Source: an uncultured Nitrospinota bacterium (lineage in GTDB: Bacteria > Tectomicrobia > Entotheonellia > J063 > CAVPRW01). Taken from it: DNA of 64,000 nt. The DNA lies in assembly GCA_963707985.1 (NCBI GenBank), contig CAVPRW010000042.1:64001-128000 (forward strand), in the 5' to 3' direction. Shown one piece after another: positions 31,305-44,196 of the stretch. The notes under the pieces were generated by a model. That model saw nothing but the letters and a program-made list of their open reading frames with translations. It did no database searches and was not told where the DNA came from. Each line of letters begins with the position of its first letter. Positions within the stretch are counted from its first letter, which is position 1. Position numbers and translations under genes: made by a program.

Positions 31305-31693
31305 ACACATTCCTCCTTTGCCTGGGTGGGATGGCTGGCAAAACGCTGCCGGAACATTCGATAACTCCCCGCAGAATCTTCAGCCCGTCCCCCCGGCAAA
31401 TGAGCGGGGACGGTCAGGGCGAGAGGGGTCCGCCTCTTCAGCCCTGGTGGAATCCGTGACTCCTCATGTGTCTGTTTGACCATGCCAGGAGCACTTCCTA
31501 TTGTAGCGCGTGAAAGCGCGTCGCGCCACAACGGAAATCTCTGGCAAATAGGGTACTTCCGTCGCGATAGGCGGCGATGCTGAGCGCCGTAAGAGGCCAA
31601 GACACCGGCGCTCGATTCGCAGGTGATAGAACCGCGTGCCAGACGCCACGTCAGCGGCTGATCATTGCGCTTACAGCGCAGGAGCGATAGGAT

Positions 31694-32824
31694 TTAGAGC
31701 TCCTTCAAGGCGGGAATCACTTCACGGCCGAGGAGCTCGATCGACCGCATGGTAGTCTGGTGTGACATCCTGCCTGCCTGGGCTTCCAGCAGCAGGGCCC
31801 CAATCCCAAGGCGATCTCTGATATGGCGCAACTTTTTGATCACCGTCTCTGGGCTTCCGACGATCAAATGATTGGCCTCCTGGAGCTCTTGATAACTGAG
31901 CTGATTCAAGGGCTTCGGACGTCGCCTGGAAGTCATGAGCGCGGCGCTCCGTGAGACGTAGCCAGGAGGGGAGAAATAAGCCTGGGGTCCGCGTAACGGA
32001 TGCCCCATCCGCCATAGGAAGTGGCGCCCCTCTTCCTGCGCTTTGTCGTCGGTGTCATTGACGTGGCAGCAAATCATGTAGGCGAAGTGCTCCGGCCCAG
32101 GGGTGTATCCAACCTCCGCGGCATGCTTATGGTAAAGCTTGAAGAGATCCTCGGCGACCTCCAACGGCGTCAGAAAGGCGGCGTACGTGTAGCGCTGTCG
32201 CGCAGCCCATTCGACCGTCTCTGGGCTGCCGGTGCCAGGCACCCAGATCGGTGGGTGGGGCTTCTGAAGGGGCACCATCCAGGGGTTCACGACACGGAAA
32301 TGGAAATGTTTCCCCTCCCACCGGAATGGGCCTGGTGTCGTCCAGGTTTTGATCAGAAGATCGTGGCACTCCTCAAAGCGCTCGCGATTGTATACGGGGT
32401 TGGTATTCGTCGCCCAGCTCTCGATGCCGATGCCGCGCACGACCCCGGAAATCAGGCGTCCACCGGAGATAACATCGACCATGGCGATTTCTTCGGCCAG
32501 GCGCACGGGATTATCCGTCGTCGGCAGCAAATTGCCGAGAATGAGGATTTTCGCGCGTTGCGTGATGCGCGCCAGAATCCCACCGGTGATATTGACCTCG
32601 ACATCCATGCAGGAGGGCGTATTGTGGTGCTCGTTGATCATCAGCCCATCGAAGCCAACCTCCTCGGCATATTGATATTCGTCCAGGTAGCGACGAAATA
32701 GCTCGCTGGCCAAGCGCGGATCAAAATAGGTATTCGGGAAGGTCAAGCGCATGGAGGGGAATTTTTCAGCCTCGGATTCGGGAAATTCTGCATAAGGCAT
32801 TTCCGTAAAATAGTAGACATCCAT
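31694..32824 (-). CDS. LLM-class (luciferase-like) flavin-dependent oxidoreductase
   Basis: GFDGLMINEHH, RLAEEIAMVDVISGGRL, PLQKPHPPIW, IVGSPETV. Confidence 0.9.
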   Translation of the reverse strand: MDVYYFTEMPYAEFPESEAEKFPSMRLTFPNTYFDPRLASELFRRYLDEYQYAEEVGFDGLMINEHHNTPSCMDVEVNITGGILARITQRAKILILGNLLPTTDNPVRLAEEIAMVDVISGGRLISGVVRGIGIESWATNTNPVYNRERFEECHDLLIKTWTTPGPFRWEGKHFHFRVVNPWMVPLQKPHPPIWVPGTGSPETVEWAARQRYTYAAFLTPLEVAEDLFKLYHKHAAEVGYTPGPEHFAYMICCHVNDTDDKAQEEGRHFLWRMGHPLRGPQAYFSPPGYVSRSAALMTSRRRPKPLNQLSYQELQEANHLIVGSPETVIKKLRHIRDRLGIGALLLEAQAGRMSHQTTMRSIELLGREVIPALKEL

Positions 32825-32869
32825 CCCAAAGCCTCCCTGACCATGGTGATGAGGACTGAATTCTTCCGC

Positions 32870-33652
32870 TCACAGGAACTCGGAGACGATGCTGACCAAC
32901 TCCTGGGGCTTTTCGATCGGCGGCACGTGCCCACACTGCTCCATGATCACCAGTTGCGAGCCCCGGATGTTCTGATGATAAATCTCGGCGCAATTCAGGG
33001 GCATGATTGCATCCTGCCGGCCCCAGACTATCAGTGTCGGCAGTCGCAAGCGCCGCAGCAAAGACGGTAAACGCGGGTCATGCATATAGGGCTTCCAGGT
33101 AATGCGGGCCGCCATCTCATGATTGCGGGTAAGCAGATCTTGCTCCTCAGGTGTTGGCGGCGAGCCGTATAACTGCTCATACTCCGGAGCTTGTGTGGGA
33201 TCATGGAACAACTTTGCCGTGAATTCTGCCGGGGATAGGAGAAAAATATCGGTGATCTCGCCTTGCGTCGGTTTGACGCCTGCCGCTCCCACCAGGACCA
33301 GTCGCTCGAAGAGGTGTGGACACATGACCGCCATCTCCGCCGCCAACCAGCCGCCAAGCGCCATACCCATCACCCGTATGCGTGATAACCCAAGGTCCTC
33401 CAAGGCCCAGAGATAAAAACAGGCCAGGTCAGGGACAGAGGTGATCCATTCCGGCTGATCCGATGTCCCAAAGCCTGGATGGTCGGGAACATAAACTTCG
33501 AAACGCCGCGCCAACAATTGTGCATATTGCAACCATCCCTGGTTCCCACCAGCGCCGTGCAGAATCAACAGCGGCTCACCCTGGCCCCCACGCAGCAGGT
33601 GTAGTTTCGTTTCGGCGACCTCGACGAACGTGTCGGTGTATCCGTCGGCCAT
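32870..33652 (-). CDS. Alpha/beta hydrolase fold protein
   Basis: LILHGAGG, PDHPGFG, GMALGG (nucleophile position is Ala), IVWGRQD, CGHVP. Confidence 0.85.
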   Translation of the reverse strand: MADGYTDTFVEVAETKLHLLRGGQGEPLLILHGAGGNQGWLQYAQLLARRFEVYVPDHPGFGTSDQPEWITSVPDLACFYLWALEDLGLSRIRVMGMALGGWLAAEMAVMCPHLFERLVLVGAAGVKPTQGEITDIFLLSPAEFTAKLFHDPTQAPEYEQLYGSPPTPEEQDLLTRNHEMAARITWKPYMHDPRLPSLLRRLRLPTLIVWGRQDAIMPLNCAEIYHQNIRGSQLVIMEQCGHVPPIEKPQELVSIVSEFL

Positions 33653-34013
33653 CCCGTATCCTCCATGCTTCTGATGCTGATCGCAAGAACCAGGCGATGC
33701 TCGCGCTCTTGCCCCTCCAGCAGCACTGCGCCAGGGAGAACTTCCCCCTCCTGTTCCCGCGTACCCTAGCGGAGCCCATCTCCCCTGTCAAGCGCATTCG
33801 CCTGCAACCTCAAGATTCCGACTGAAGTTAGGTCGTGAGCTGGGTCCACATTGAGTGACCTAAAGCCGCCAGCGGGATCCAGTGTCGCGGAAAGAGTCCC
33901 TGACGCTAGGGCATCGTGCTTCTGGGGGCCGGCTGTCCATAGGCAAAAATTAACGACCACCCTGGCACTCTCTCACCATCATGCCTTGCATTGATCATGT
34001 AAACAGTGGATTT

Positions 34014-34520
34014 TTATTGATATCGAACGTACGCCAAGGCGATGTAGCTCATGAAAAATATGATCACGACAGAGGCAAGTACGACGCGCGTCAGCATAAG
34101 TGGAATATTTTGCTTCTGTCGTTCCAGATGCCAATATTTGAAGGGATTCACCGGGCTACTCTCAGTCTCCCGCTCGCCCCAATTAAATCTTTGTGCCGCA
34201 TCTATCCAAATCTTTTGGTAACTCGACCCAGTCCATGTGATAAGTGCCCAGGCAGTGCAAAGAGCTAGACCTAATACTAAGGTAATCAGCACTTCCGGGT
34301 TCGTATAGTGTTCCCTCATGGCAAAGAATGAGAAGATACCTGAATTCGCGAGAAGCATAATATTATAGCGCTGCCAAAGTCCGGCAACTTCCTGATTAAA
34401 GAGAAGCACATGGGCGGTGAAAAGCTCTGTCGTTGCCGTATCTGAGTAGTGCTGGGTCGGCGATAGCTCCGCCGTTGGGTGTACCGTGCACGGATTCGCT
34501 GTGTCTGATTGCTCGCTCAT
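34014..34520 (-). CDS. Hypothetical 3-TM membrane protein, AT-richer than flanks
   Basis: RBS GGAGG; three hydrophobic segments; LWQRYNIMLLANS motif. Confidence 0.6.
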   Translation of the reverse strand: MSEQSDTANPCTVHPTAELSPTQHYSDTATTELFTAHVLLFNQEVAGLWQRYNIMLLANSGIFSFFAMREHYTNPEVLITLVLGLALCTAWALITWTGSSYQKIWIDAAQRFNWGERETESSPVNPFKYWHLERQKQNIPLMLTRVVLASVVIIFFMSYIALAYVRYQ

Positions 34521-34850
34521 GTTGTCCTCCCTACGAAGTGTCTGTTAGCGCTCCGCTTCGCCGATGCAGAAAGTCTGTATCACGGTGTGGCGTCCCCTTC
34601 CATTCCTCTTTCGACTGGTAGTCGGCTGCTATCGCTCATGATAATACACGCTCCCTTGGTGTGTCTCGAACGCACTGGGCAGGTACAGCGGTAGGGGGCT
34701 CTCAGAGCAAGACCCCAGCTTATGGGTGAATTTCTGCACGGCTGCTGATGGGAAATTGGCTTTGACTTCGGACGTTGAGATACGCTACAGTCGACGCCAA
34801 TGACCAGCATTTGAGCAGATGTCCGGTAGGCACGCAGGAGGAGAGCAGTG

Positions 34851-36212
34851 ATGCACGCAAGTCAGCGGCTGGCGCAAATGTTTGACGCGGCCGAGGAATT
34901 GGCAGAGTACCAACGGCAAAATCCCACCTCGCTTAGCCGCTTCGAGCAAGCCAAGGCTGTGATTCCCGGCGGGAATACACGCTTAACAGCGTACTTCGCG
35001 CCCTATCCTTTTTATGCTGTGAAAGGAGAGGGTAGCCGGATTTACGATCTGGACGGTAACGTGCGCCTGGATTTTTACAATAATGCGACTTCCCTGATCT
35101 TCGGCCATGCCTACCCGCCGGTGGTGGCAGCCATCAGCGACCAGGCCAGCAAGGGGACGGCCTTCGCCATTCCCACGGAGCCGGAGGTCGAGCTCGCACA
35201 ACTGTTGACCTCACGTCTACCCTCGGTCGAGCAGATCCGCTTCACGAATAGCGGCACCGAGGGGGTGCTGTTTGCTATCCGGGCCGCCCGCGTGTTCACA
35301 AGTCGGGAGAAAATCGCCAAGTTCGAGGGGGGCTATCACGGCACGGCCGATCATGTTGCCATCAGCGTGACACCGGATCTCGCACTCACTGGCGACGCGC
35401 ATCAGCCCATACCAGTGCCGGCATCGGCCGGTATCACGCGTAACACTGTTGATGACGTGCTGATCTTGCCGTTCAATGACCTCGAAGGTACCACTGCCCT
35501 CCTGACCGCCCATCAAGGTACCGTGGCGGCGGTGCTCGTCGAACCGATTCTAGGCTCATGCGGTTATGTCCCGGCCCATCCCGAGTTCTTGCGCGGCTTG
35601 CGCGACCTTACGCAGCGTCTTGATATTTTACTGATCTTCGATGAGGTGCAGACGTTCCGCCTGTCATCCGGTGGTGCTCAAGCTCTGCTGGATATTATGC
35701 CCGATCTGACGGTGTTGGGGAAGATCATCGGCGGCGGGCTGCCGGTTGGCGGTGTGGGGGGCCGGAGCGCTGTCATGGCTGCCTTCGATGCCAGTGTAGG
35801 CATACCGAAGATTCCGCATGCCGGAACCTTCAACGGTAACCCCGTGACCATGCGCGCTGGCCTGTCGACGCTGCGGGATTTGGACTCAGCGGCATTTGAT
35901 CACCTGAATCAGAGGGGCAGCAACTTCCGGACGCGTGTGCAGACGCTGTGCGCTCGCTATGACGTCCCTGTCCAGGTGACCGGTGCGGGGTCGCTGTTTG
36001 GCATCCATTGGAGCGTCGATCCCGTCACCGACTATCGCAGCTCTGCACGTGCCAACAAATCCTTGTCCTACAAATTTTTCCTACACGCCCTCAACAACGG
36101 GATTTTCTTCACCACTCGTGGCGGTGGCTGCCTATCGTTGCCAATGTCCGACGCCGAGATAGGAGCATTCCTCGATGTGCTTGAGGGATTTCTAAAGAAA
36201 ATCACGGCTTGA
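34851..36212 (+). CDS. Class III PLP aminotransferase (glutamate-1-semialdehyde aminomutase-like)
   Basis: IPGGNTR, FTNSGTE, KFEGGYHG, LIFDEVQT, GKIIGGG, HAGTFNGNP. Confidence 0.9.
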   Translation: MHASQRLAQMFDAAEELAEYQRQNPTSLSRFEQAKAVIPGGNTRLTAYFAPYPFYAVKGEGSRIYDLDGNVRLDFYNNATSLIFGHAYPPVVAAISDQASKGTAFAIPTEPEVELAQLLTSRLPSVEQIRFTNSGTEGVLFAIRAARVFTSREKIAKFEGGYHGTADHVAISVTPDLALTGDAHQPIPVPASAGITRNTVDDVLILPFNDLEGTTALLTAHQGTVAAVLVEPILGSCGYVPAHPEFLRGLRDLTQRLDILLIFDEVQTFRLSSGGAQALLDIMPDLTVLGKIIGGGLPVGGVGGRSAVMAAFDASVGIPKIPHAGTFNGNPVTMRAGLSTLRDLDSAAFDHLNQRGSNFRTRVQTLCARYDVPVQVTGAGSLFGIHWSVDPVTDYRSSARANKSLSYKFFLHALNNGIFFTTRGGGCLSLPMSDAEIGAFLDVLEGFLKKITA

Positions 36213-36639
36213 TGATGGTCGAAGGCCGATCTCGTGCGTCGATCCTCGTAAAGACGACAGCGGTCCATAGCGACGCGACAATCACTGTTTGAGCTGTCTT
36301 CTCAGACCTTCTCGATAGACTTGCCCGCGGGCGTATCCCCGGCGAAATGCCAATGCGGGTATATCACCAGCTAATTCTCGCTATGAGAGGTCAGCCGAGG
36401 CATGTCTCTCGTGTTGAGAGGTCTCAACACTGCAGAGTAAGGTTGCACTCGATCTTATGCGGAAACGAATCTAGCCTATGATACCCAGCGCGTAGACAAG
36501 CCCCTACCTTCGTCCACATAATGAAAGCCGCAGACATGTCATACCTGCCCTCCGAGACATCATCCGACGTGGCAGCCGGTGCTCTTGCCTTTCGTTGAGG
36601 TCGCACTGCTGCTAGAATAGACGCGAAGGAGGGAAGGCG

Positions 36640-37443
36640 ATGCCAAGTCCTTTTCCAGGCATGGACCCATATCTAGAAAGCCCACGTTACTGGCAGGATT
36701 TTCATGACAGTTTCATTACGTATGCCCGTGAGGCGCTCCAATCGCAGCTGCCTCGCCGTTATCGCGCACGTATCAGTGAGCGGCTTGTGCTGGAAGCCAC
36801 TGACCGCGTGATGATTCCCGATATCACCGTGGTACGGCATCCTGTGCCGCGTCCACCGGTCGCTGGAACACCTGACGCAACAACCGCTGTAGCCGCGCAA
36901 GCGGACGAACCAGTCATCTTCGCGGCGCTCATGGACGACCTGCGTGAGCCCTATATCGAAATCATCGACCGTGCTGGTCAGCGTGTGGTCACAGTTATCG
37001 AGGTGCTGAGCCCCATCAATAAAAGGCTAGGTGAAGGGAGAAACCGCTACCTTGAAAAGCAGCAGGAGGTGTTACGAGGTAGCACGAATATGCTGGAAAT
37101 CGATCTACTGCACGAGGGCTCGCACACCGTTGTGGTACCCCGTCCCCATTTGGAGCGGCACGAACCTTTCCACTCACTGGTGTGTGTCTGGCGTACGGCT
37201 AATCCCTTGTATTGCGAGGTCTATTTTGTACGGCTGCAAAACCGTCTGCCACGCATTCGCACCCCGCTGCTTCCCGGAGACCCGGACGTAGTGCTGGACA
37301 TTCCAGCCATCCTGACGCGTTGCTACGATGCTGCTCGCTACGACCTCGACCTGGACTATACCCAGCCCCCACCAATTGCCCTGTCGCCTCCTGAGCTCGC
37401 CTGGTTGGAGAGCTGGCTGCGAGAACAGGGCCGGCGTGCATAG
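36640..37443 (+). CDS. DUF4058 family protein (PD-(D/E)XK-like)
   Basis: MPSPFPGMDPYLE start, VTVIEVLSPINK, LEIDLL, DYTQPPP. Confidence 0.88.
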   Translation: MPSPFPGMDPYLESPRYWQDFHDSFITYAREALQSQLPRRYRARISERLVLEATDRVMIPDITVVRHPVPRPPVAGTPDATTAVAAQADEPVIFAALMDDLREPYIEIIDRAGQRVVTVIEVLSPINKRLGEGRNRYLEKQQEVLRGSTNMLEIDLLHEGSHTVVVPRPHLERHEPFHSLVCVWRTANPLYCEVYFVRLQNRLPRIRTPLLPGDPDVVLDIPAILTRCYDAARYDLDLDYTQPPPIALSPPELAWLESWLREQGRRA

Positions 37444-37572
37444 CACACAACAGCGCCAGGGGCTGTACCAGGCACAAGGGAGGAGAGGGGGCAGGTGGGT
37501 AGTCTCTGTTCCCTGTGTTTTGATCCGCATACGTTTCTCTGTTAGGCCACCTTGCCAAGATATATCCCACCC

Positions 37573-38400
37573 TTAGGATTTCCGTACGATACGATCGATT
37601 TGGATGATCTGGGCAAGCAAGGCCGCCAGGTCCTCCAGGCGCAGCATGTTAGGGCCATCGGAGGGAGCTTGGTCGGGGTCGGGATGAATCTCCATGAACA
37701 GGGCATCACAGCCGGTGGCGACGGCGGCACGCGCTAAGTGGGGGACGAATTCACGCTGGCCAGACGAGGCTGTGCCCGCCCCGCCGGGGAGTTGCACGCT
37801 ATGCGTGGCATCGAAGACGACCGGCACGTCGAAGGAGCGCATGATGACCAGCGAACGCATGTCGGCCACCAGGTTATTGTAGCCGAAGGAGGCGCCACGC
37901 TCGGTCAGTAGCACCTGATCATTGCCCACCGAGCGCACTTTCTCGACGATGTTCTTGGTATCCCACGGGGCCAGGAATTGGCCCTTCTTGACATTGACCG
38001 GCTTGCCGGTCCTGGCCGCGGCAACCACCAGATCGGTCTGACGACACAAGAAGGCTGGGATCTGTATCACATCAAGGACCGCAGCTGCCGGTTCGACTTC
38101 TTCTACGGCATGGACATCGGAAAGAATGGGGACGCCGACGACGTCTTTGATCTTCTGCAGAATTTCGAGCCCTTTCTGCAAGCCAGGGCCGCGGTAGGAA
38201 TGGATCGAGGTGCGGTTGGCCTTGTCGTAGGAGGATTTGAAAATGAACGGCACGGCCGCCTTAGCAGCGATGTCGCGCAGGCGGAACGCCACGTCCAGCA
38301 TGAAAGATTCGCCTTCAATGGCACAGGGTCCGCCGATCAGGGCCAGCGGATGACCCACGCCAATAGTGATAGAGCCGATCGTTACGGGATGCATGGTCAT
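37573..38400 (-). CDS. kdsA: KDO 8-phosphate synthase
   Basis: [45 protein letters not shown]. Confidence 0.97.
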   Translation of the reverse strand: MTMHPVTIGSITIGVGHPLALIGGPCAIEGESFMLDVAFRLRDIAAKAAVPFIFKSSYDKANRTSIHSYRGPGLQKGLEILQKIKDVVGVPILSDVHAVEEVEPAAAVLDVIQIPAFLCRQTDLVVAAARTGKPVNVKKGQFLAPWDTKNIVEKVRSVGNDQVLLTERGASFGYNNLVADMRSLVIMRSFDVPVVFDATHSVQLPGGAGTASSGQREFVPHLARAAVATGCDALFMEIHPDPDQAPSDGPNMLRLEDLAALLAQIIQIDRIVRKS

Positions 38401-38523
38401 GTGGGTTTGTCCTTGCGTTTGTGATCTTCGCGCCTCAAACGATTCACCACGAAGACGAAAATCACTAGAAACACCAATGTGTTGAGTCTTGTGACGGTGT
38501 GGTTATCCATCATCCCTTCACCC

Positions 38524-38548
38524 CGCCCTCTCCCGGAGGGAGAGGGCG
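38524..38548. repeat. REP-like palindrome
   Basis: cgccctctccc-gga-gggagagggcg perfect 11-bp stem between pyrG and kdsA. Confidence 0.6.
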
Positions 38549-38587
38549 CAAGGGTGGAATTTTTCTCCCCGATGGCGAATAAGGCCG

Positions 38588-41073
<2,486 letters not shown>

Positions 41074-41288
41074 ACCTGCTTTTCCCTGAGTTTTTGGAAC
41101 TATAGCATACCTCTACAGAGGTCGTCAAACAGCGCCTCGATTACGCCGCTCCTCGACGGCAGCCCAGCTGATGCAGAGCCTCGACAAACGCCTGCGCCGT
41201 GGAGACAGCCCCGAACACCGTATGGTCAATCGTACGGGACGGCTTTCACGGTCTCAGCCATGGCTCGGTCCTCCCTGCATCACACCGG

Positions 41289-42674
41289 TCAGCTTTTTGG
41301 GGGCATTTGCCGTGCCTCGATGGCGGCAGCCACCTCGCGAGCCTGCAGCGCTCCTCGTTCAGCAAACTGCGGACAAAGCCCGGTATAGCGCGCCGGGTCC
41401 AACAGGGCATCGATCTGCACTGGGGTGAGATGTGCGGTCACCCGTTCATCTGCCGCCAGCAACTCATGAAAGGCACGCCCCTGAGTAGCAGCCTCTTGGG
41501 CGGCATCGTACACAACGTCATGCGCGCGCTGACGCCCGATCTGCTTGCCCAACTCCAGCATGAGGGATTCCGACATGATCAGCCCACCCGACAGATCGAG
41601 GTTTCGACGCATGCGCTCGGGGAATACTTGCAAACCGCTCAGCACGACAATGAGGCGCTGCAGAATCTCGCTCGTCAGCATGCAGGCCTGTGTCACCGCC
41701 CGATCCATCATCATGCTGGTGGTGCGATCGGCTTCATGTTCGGTCTGCATCGCCTCCAGCGCCAGCGGCACCAGGGCGCGAACCTCCGCAGCGGCAGCCA
41801 CAATGTCCTGCGTGAGCTTCGGATTGCGTTTCTGCGGCATGGTGCTGCTGCCCACCGTGCCCGGTGGCACAGGTTCCTCAACTTCGCCGAATTCTTGTTT
41901 CATCAACGTATAGATCTCGCGTCCGATTTTGCTGCAGGTGGCGGCAAGAAGTCCCAGCAGGGCAACATACTCGGCCTGGTGATCACCAAGGGTGCGCGAC
42001 GGCACCGTCATCGACCCCATGCCGAGGCGGACAGCCATTTTGTCCTGTGTCACCAAGCCAATCTCACCCAATGATGCGAGCGTGCCGGCACCGCCGCCCA
42101 GCATAGCGACGAACACACGCCCCTCACAACCTTGCAGACGCTCTACATGTCGGCAACATTCGTCGATCCACACCGCCACCTTCGAGCCGAAGGTCGCCGG
42201 TACGGCGTGCTGACCATGGGTGCGCCCCGGCAGTAACATGTCTTTGGTGCGCTCCGCCATGTCGGCCATGGCGCGCAGGATGGACGCCAGTTGTGCCAGG
42301 AAAATATCATGGGCGCGGCGCAGGAGTAGAAGTTGACCTGTTTGGGTGATGTTCTGTGTTGTGGCACCCCAATGCACGTATCCGCCGGCGTCGCCCTCAC
42401 ACACGCGGTCCAGCTCCCAGATCAGCGGCACGAGCGAATGGCCGGTGCGCGCCAAGCCGGCGTGGATGTTGTCCAAATTGAGCAACGACAGCTGGGCTTT
42501 GCGCGTGATCTCTTTGGCGGCGCTCTGTGGGATGATTCCCAACTCCGCCTGAGCTTGGGCTAAGGCCGCTTCCACGTCTAGCCACGCCTGATAGCGCGAT
42601 GCTTCTGCGAACAGTGCCTTCACCCCAGGGTCTTCGATGCGGTATGCGGTAGGCTCCCCTGGCTCCCCAAGCAT
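41289..42674 (-). CDS. Adenylosuccinate lyase / carboxymuconate cycloisomerase family (fumarase superfamily)
   Basis: VHWGATTQNI, GRTHGQHA, GSSTMPQKRNP signature. Confidence 0.88.
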   Translation of the reverse strand: MLGEPGEPTAYRIEDPGVKALFAEASRYQAWLDVEAALAQAQAELGIIPQSAAKEITRKAQLSLLNLDNIHAGLARTGHSLVPLIWELDRVCEGDAGGYVHWGATTQNITQTGQLLLLRRAHDIFLAQLASILRAMADMAERTKDMLLPGRTHGQHAVPATFGSKVAVWIDECCRHVERLQGCEGRVFVAMLGGGAGTLASLGEIGLVTQDKMAVRLGMGSMTVPSRTLGDHQAEYVALLGLLAATCSKIGREIYTLMKQEFGEVEEPVPPGTVGSSTMPQKRNPKLTQDIVAAAAEVRALVPLALEAMQTEHEADRTTSMMMDRAVTQACMLTSEILQRLIVVLSGLQVFPERMRRNLDLSGGLIMSESLMLELGKQIGRQRAHDVVYDAAQEAATQGRAFHELLAADERVTAHLTPVQIDALLDPARYTGLCPQFAERGALQAREVAAAIEARQMPPKS

Positions 42675-43177
42675 GGTGCGCTCCTCCTCAGCTCATGACC
42701 ACGCTGCAGCGCTCGCCACCGCTGCCCTCATGGTCTACCCTGCACTCATGTCGCTCGATAGCCCCACATCTGGGACAACGGTTAGCAGTGTAAAGAGCGA
42801 CCCGCGACGGGTCAAGCAAAAGGTGGCACCTCAACGGTCAGACAGTCCTAGAGGTGCTCACGGCTGAGGCACCGCTTTTGAGGGTGATCCAGCGACCAGA
42901 GTTGGGTCCATTGAAAGGGCTTGCGATCCAGGCAGTGACGCATATCACTTGCCTTGGCCATCGACCCCGGCTATAGTTTGAGTGTATTTCCAACACTGTT
43001 GATGCAATGCTTGACCTGTGACCTCACGAGCCCCGAGATGCTCTCCCTGTGAGGCTTGCGCGCAATGCCTGCACGGTGGCAGCAATCTTCCTCACCACGC
43101 GAGAGCACACTCGTTGACTCGTAAAGAGAGCTGGCACGGTGATCAAGATGTCAATCAGCCTTGAGAAGGAGAGAACT

Positions 43178-44147
43178 ATGCAGCGATCAGTCGTTTTGAC
43201 CGCTCTTGGCGCGTTGTTCCTGGCGACGCTGTTATGGTCCGTGGACGCGTGGGCTCGCGCAGGTGGCGGTGGATCGAGCGGTAGTCGCGGCTCGCGCAGC
43301 TTTTCTGCGCCAGCGCGTCCCGACTATCAGTCCGTCATCGCCCAGCCGTCAGGCCGTCCCACCGTCAGGATTTCAACAATCCACCCCGCAGCGCTCTGGT
43401 TGGATGAGAGGCCTGATGGGGGGCATCGGCGGCTTCCTGCTGGGTGGGCTGCTCGGTAGTCTGCTTTTCGGCGGCATGGGCGGCATGGGAGGTGGGCTCT
43501 TCGGTGGCATTGGGTTCATGGAGATCCTGCTCATCGCTGGGGGTCTATATCTCGTGTATGCGTATATGCGGCGGCGACAGCAGCCAGCACCTGCATCGTC
43601 ATATGGGTATACACCACCGCAAGCATCTGACAGCCGTAGCTGGCAATCCGGGTCGACGTCGGCACCGTCGGCGACCATGGACATGCCAGATGCCTCAAGC
43701 GATTTGGAGCGTGGCCTCGGGTACATCCGCCAGATGGACACTGGGTTCGATCCACGTCGTTTCAACGATACCGTTTCTGATCTGTTCTTCAGGGTGCAGG
43801 GCGCTTGGATGGGACGGGATATGATCCCGGTGCGTGACCTGCTCACCGCTGAAATCTATGAAACCATGCAAAAAGACTGCGAGCGCATGCGGGCCGAGCA
43901 TCACGTCGACCGCATGGAAAACATTGCGGTGCGCTCGGTAGAGATCACCGAAGCCTGGCAGGAGAGTGGGCGCGATTACGTGACGGTACACTTCCTCGCC
44001 AGCATGCTCGACTACACCATCGACGAGCGGACCAATGACGTGATCAAAGGCAGCCGCAATGAACCCGTGAAATTCGAGGAATATTGGACGTTTGTCCGCC
44101 CGGTGGGACCGAACCCCTGGCGGCTGAGCGCCATCCAGCAAGCATAA
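43178..44147 (+). CDS. Tim44 domain-containing protein, frameshifted near 43325
   Basis: ARAGGGGSSGSRGSRS after a signal peptide, Gly-rich TM hairpin, KFEEYWTFVR..WRLSAIQQ. Confidence 0.85.
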
Positions 44148-44179
44148 TCGACTGTGTGGCAAGCATAATCGACCGTGTG
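44138..44179. repeat. 21-bp tandem duplication spanning the Tim44 stop codon
   Basis: gcaagcataatcgactgtgtg / gcaagcataatcgaccgtgtg (20/21 identical). Confidence 0.85.
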
Positions 44180-44196
44180 CATGGAAGGAGACCAGC

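Noticed and set aside
17300..31310. Dense frameshifts in the RND pump, S41 peptidase and all four 2-oxoacid dehydrogenase genes, suggesting mass pseudogenisation or programmed frameshifting
   Set aside because: They appear to be single-base indels with otherwise intact motifs and no evident nonsense decay or shared slippery site. They are most simply read or assembly errors; the same applies to Tim44, the PIN-like gene, mcrB and SNF2. Read data are needed.
31320..31690. Hairpin and 10-bp direct repeat (tcttcagccc at 31377 and 31435) upstream of pdhA as a possible riboswitch
   Set aside because: No TPP, glycine or other aptamer consensus recognisable; may be degenerate REP sequence.
36213..36639. 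Possible IS remnant or sRNA in the intergenic region
   Set aside because: No terminal repeats, ORF homology or stable structure that I can support.
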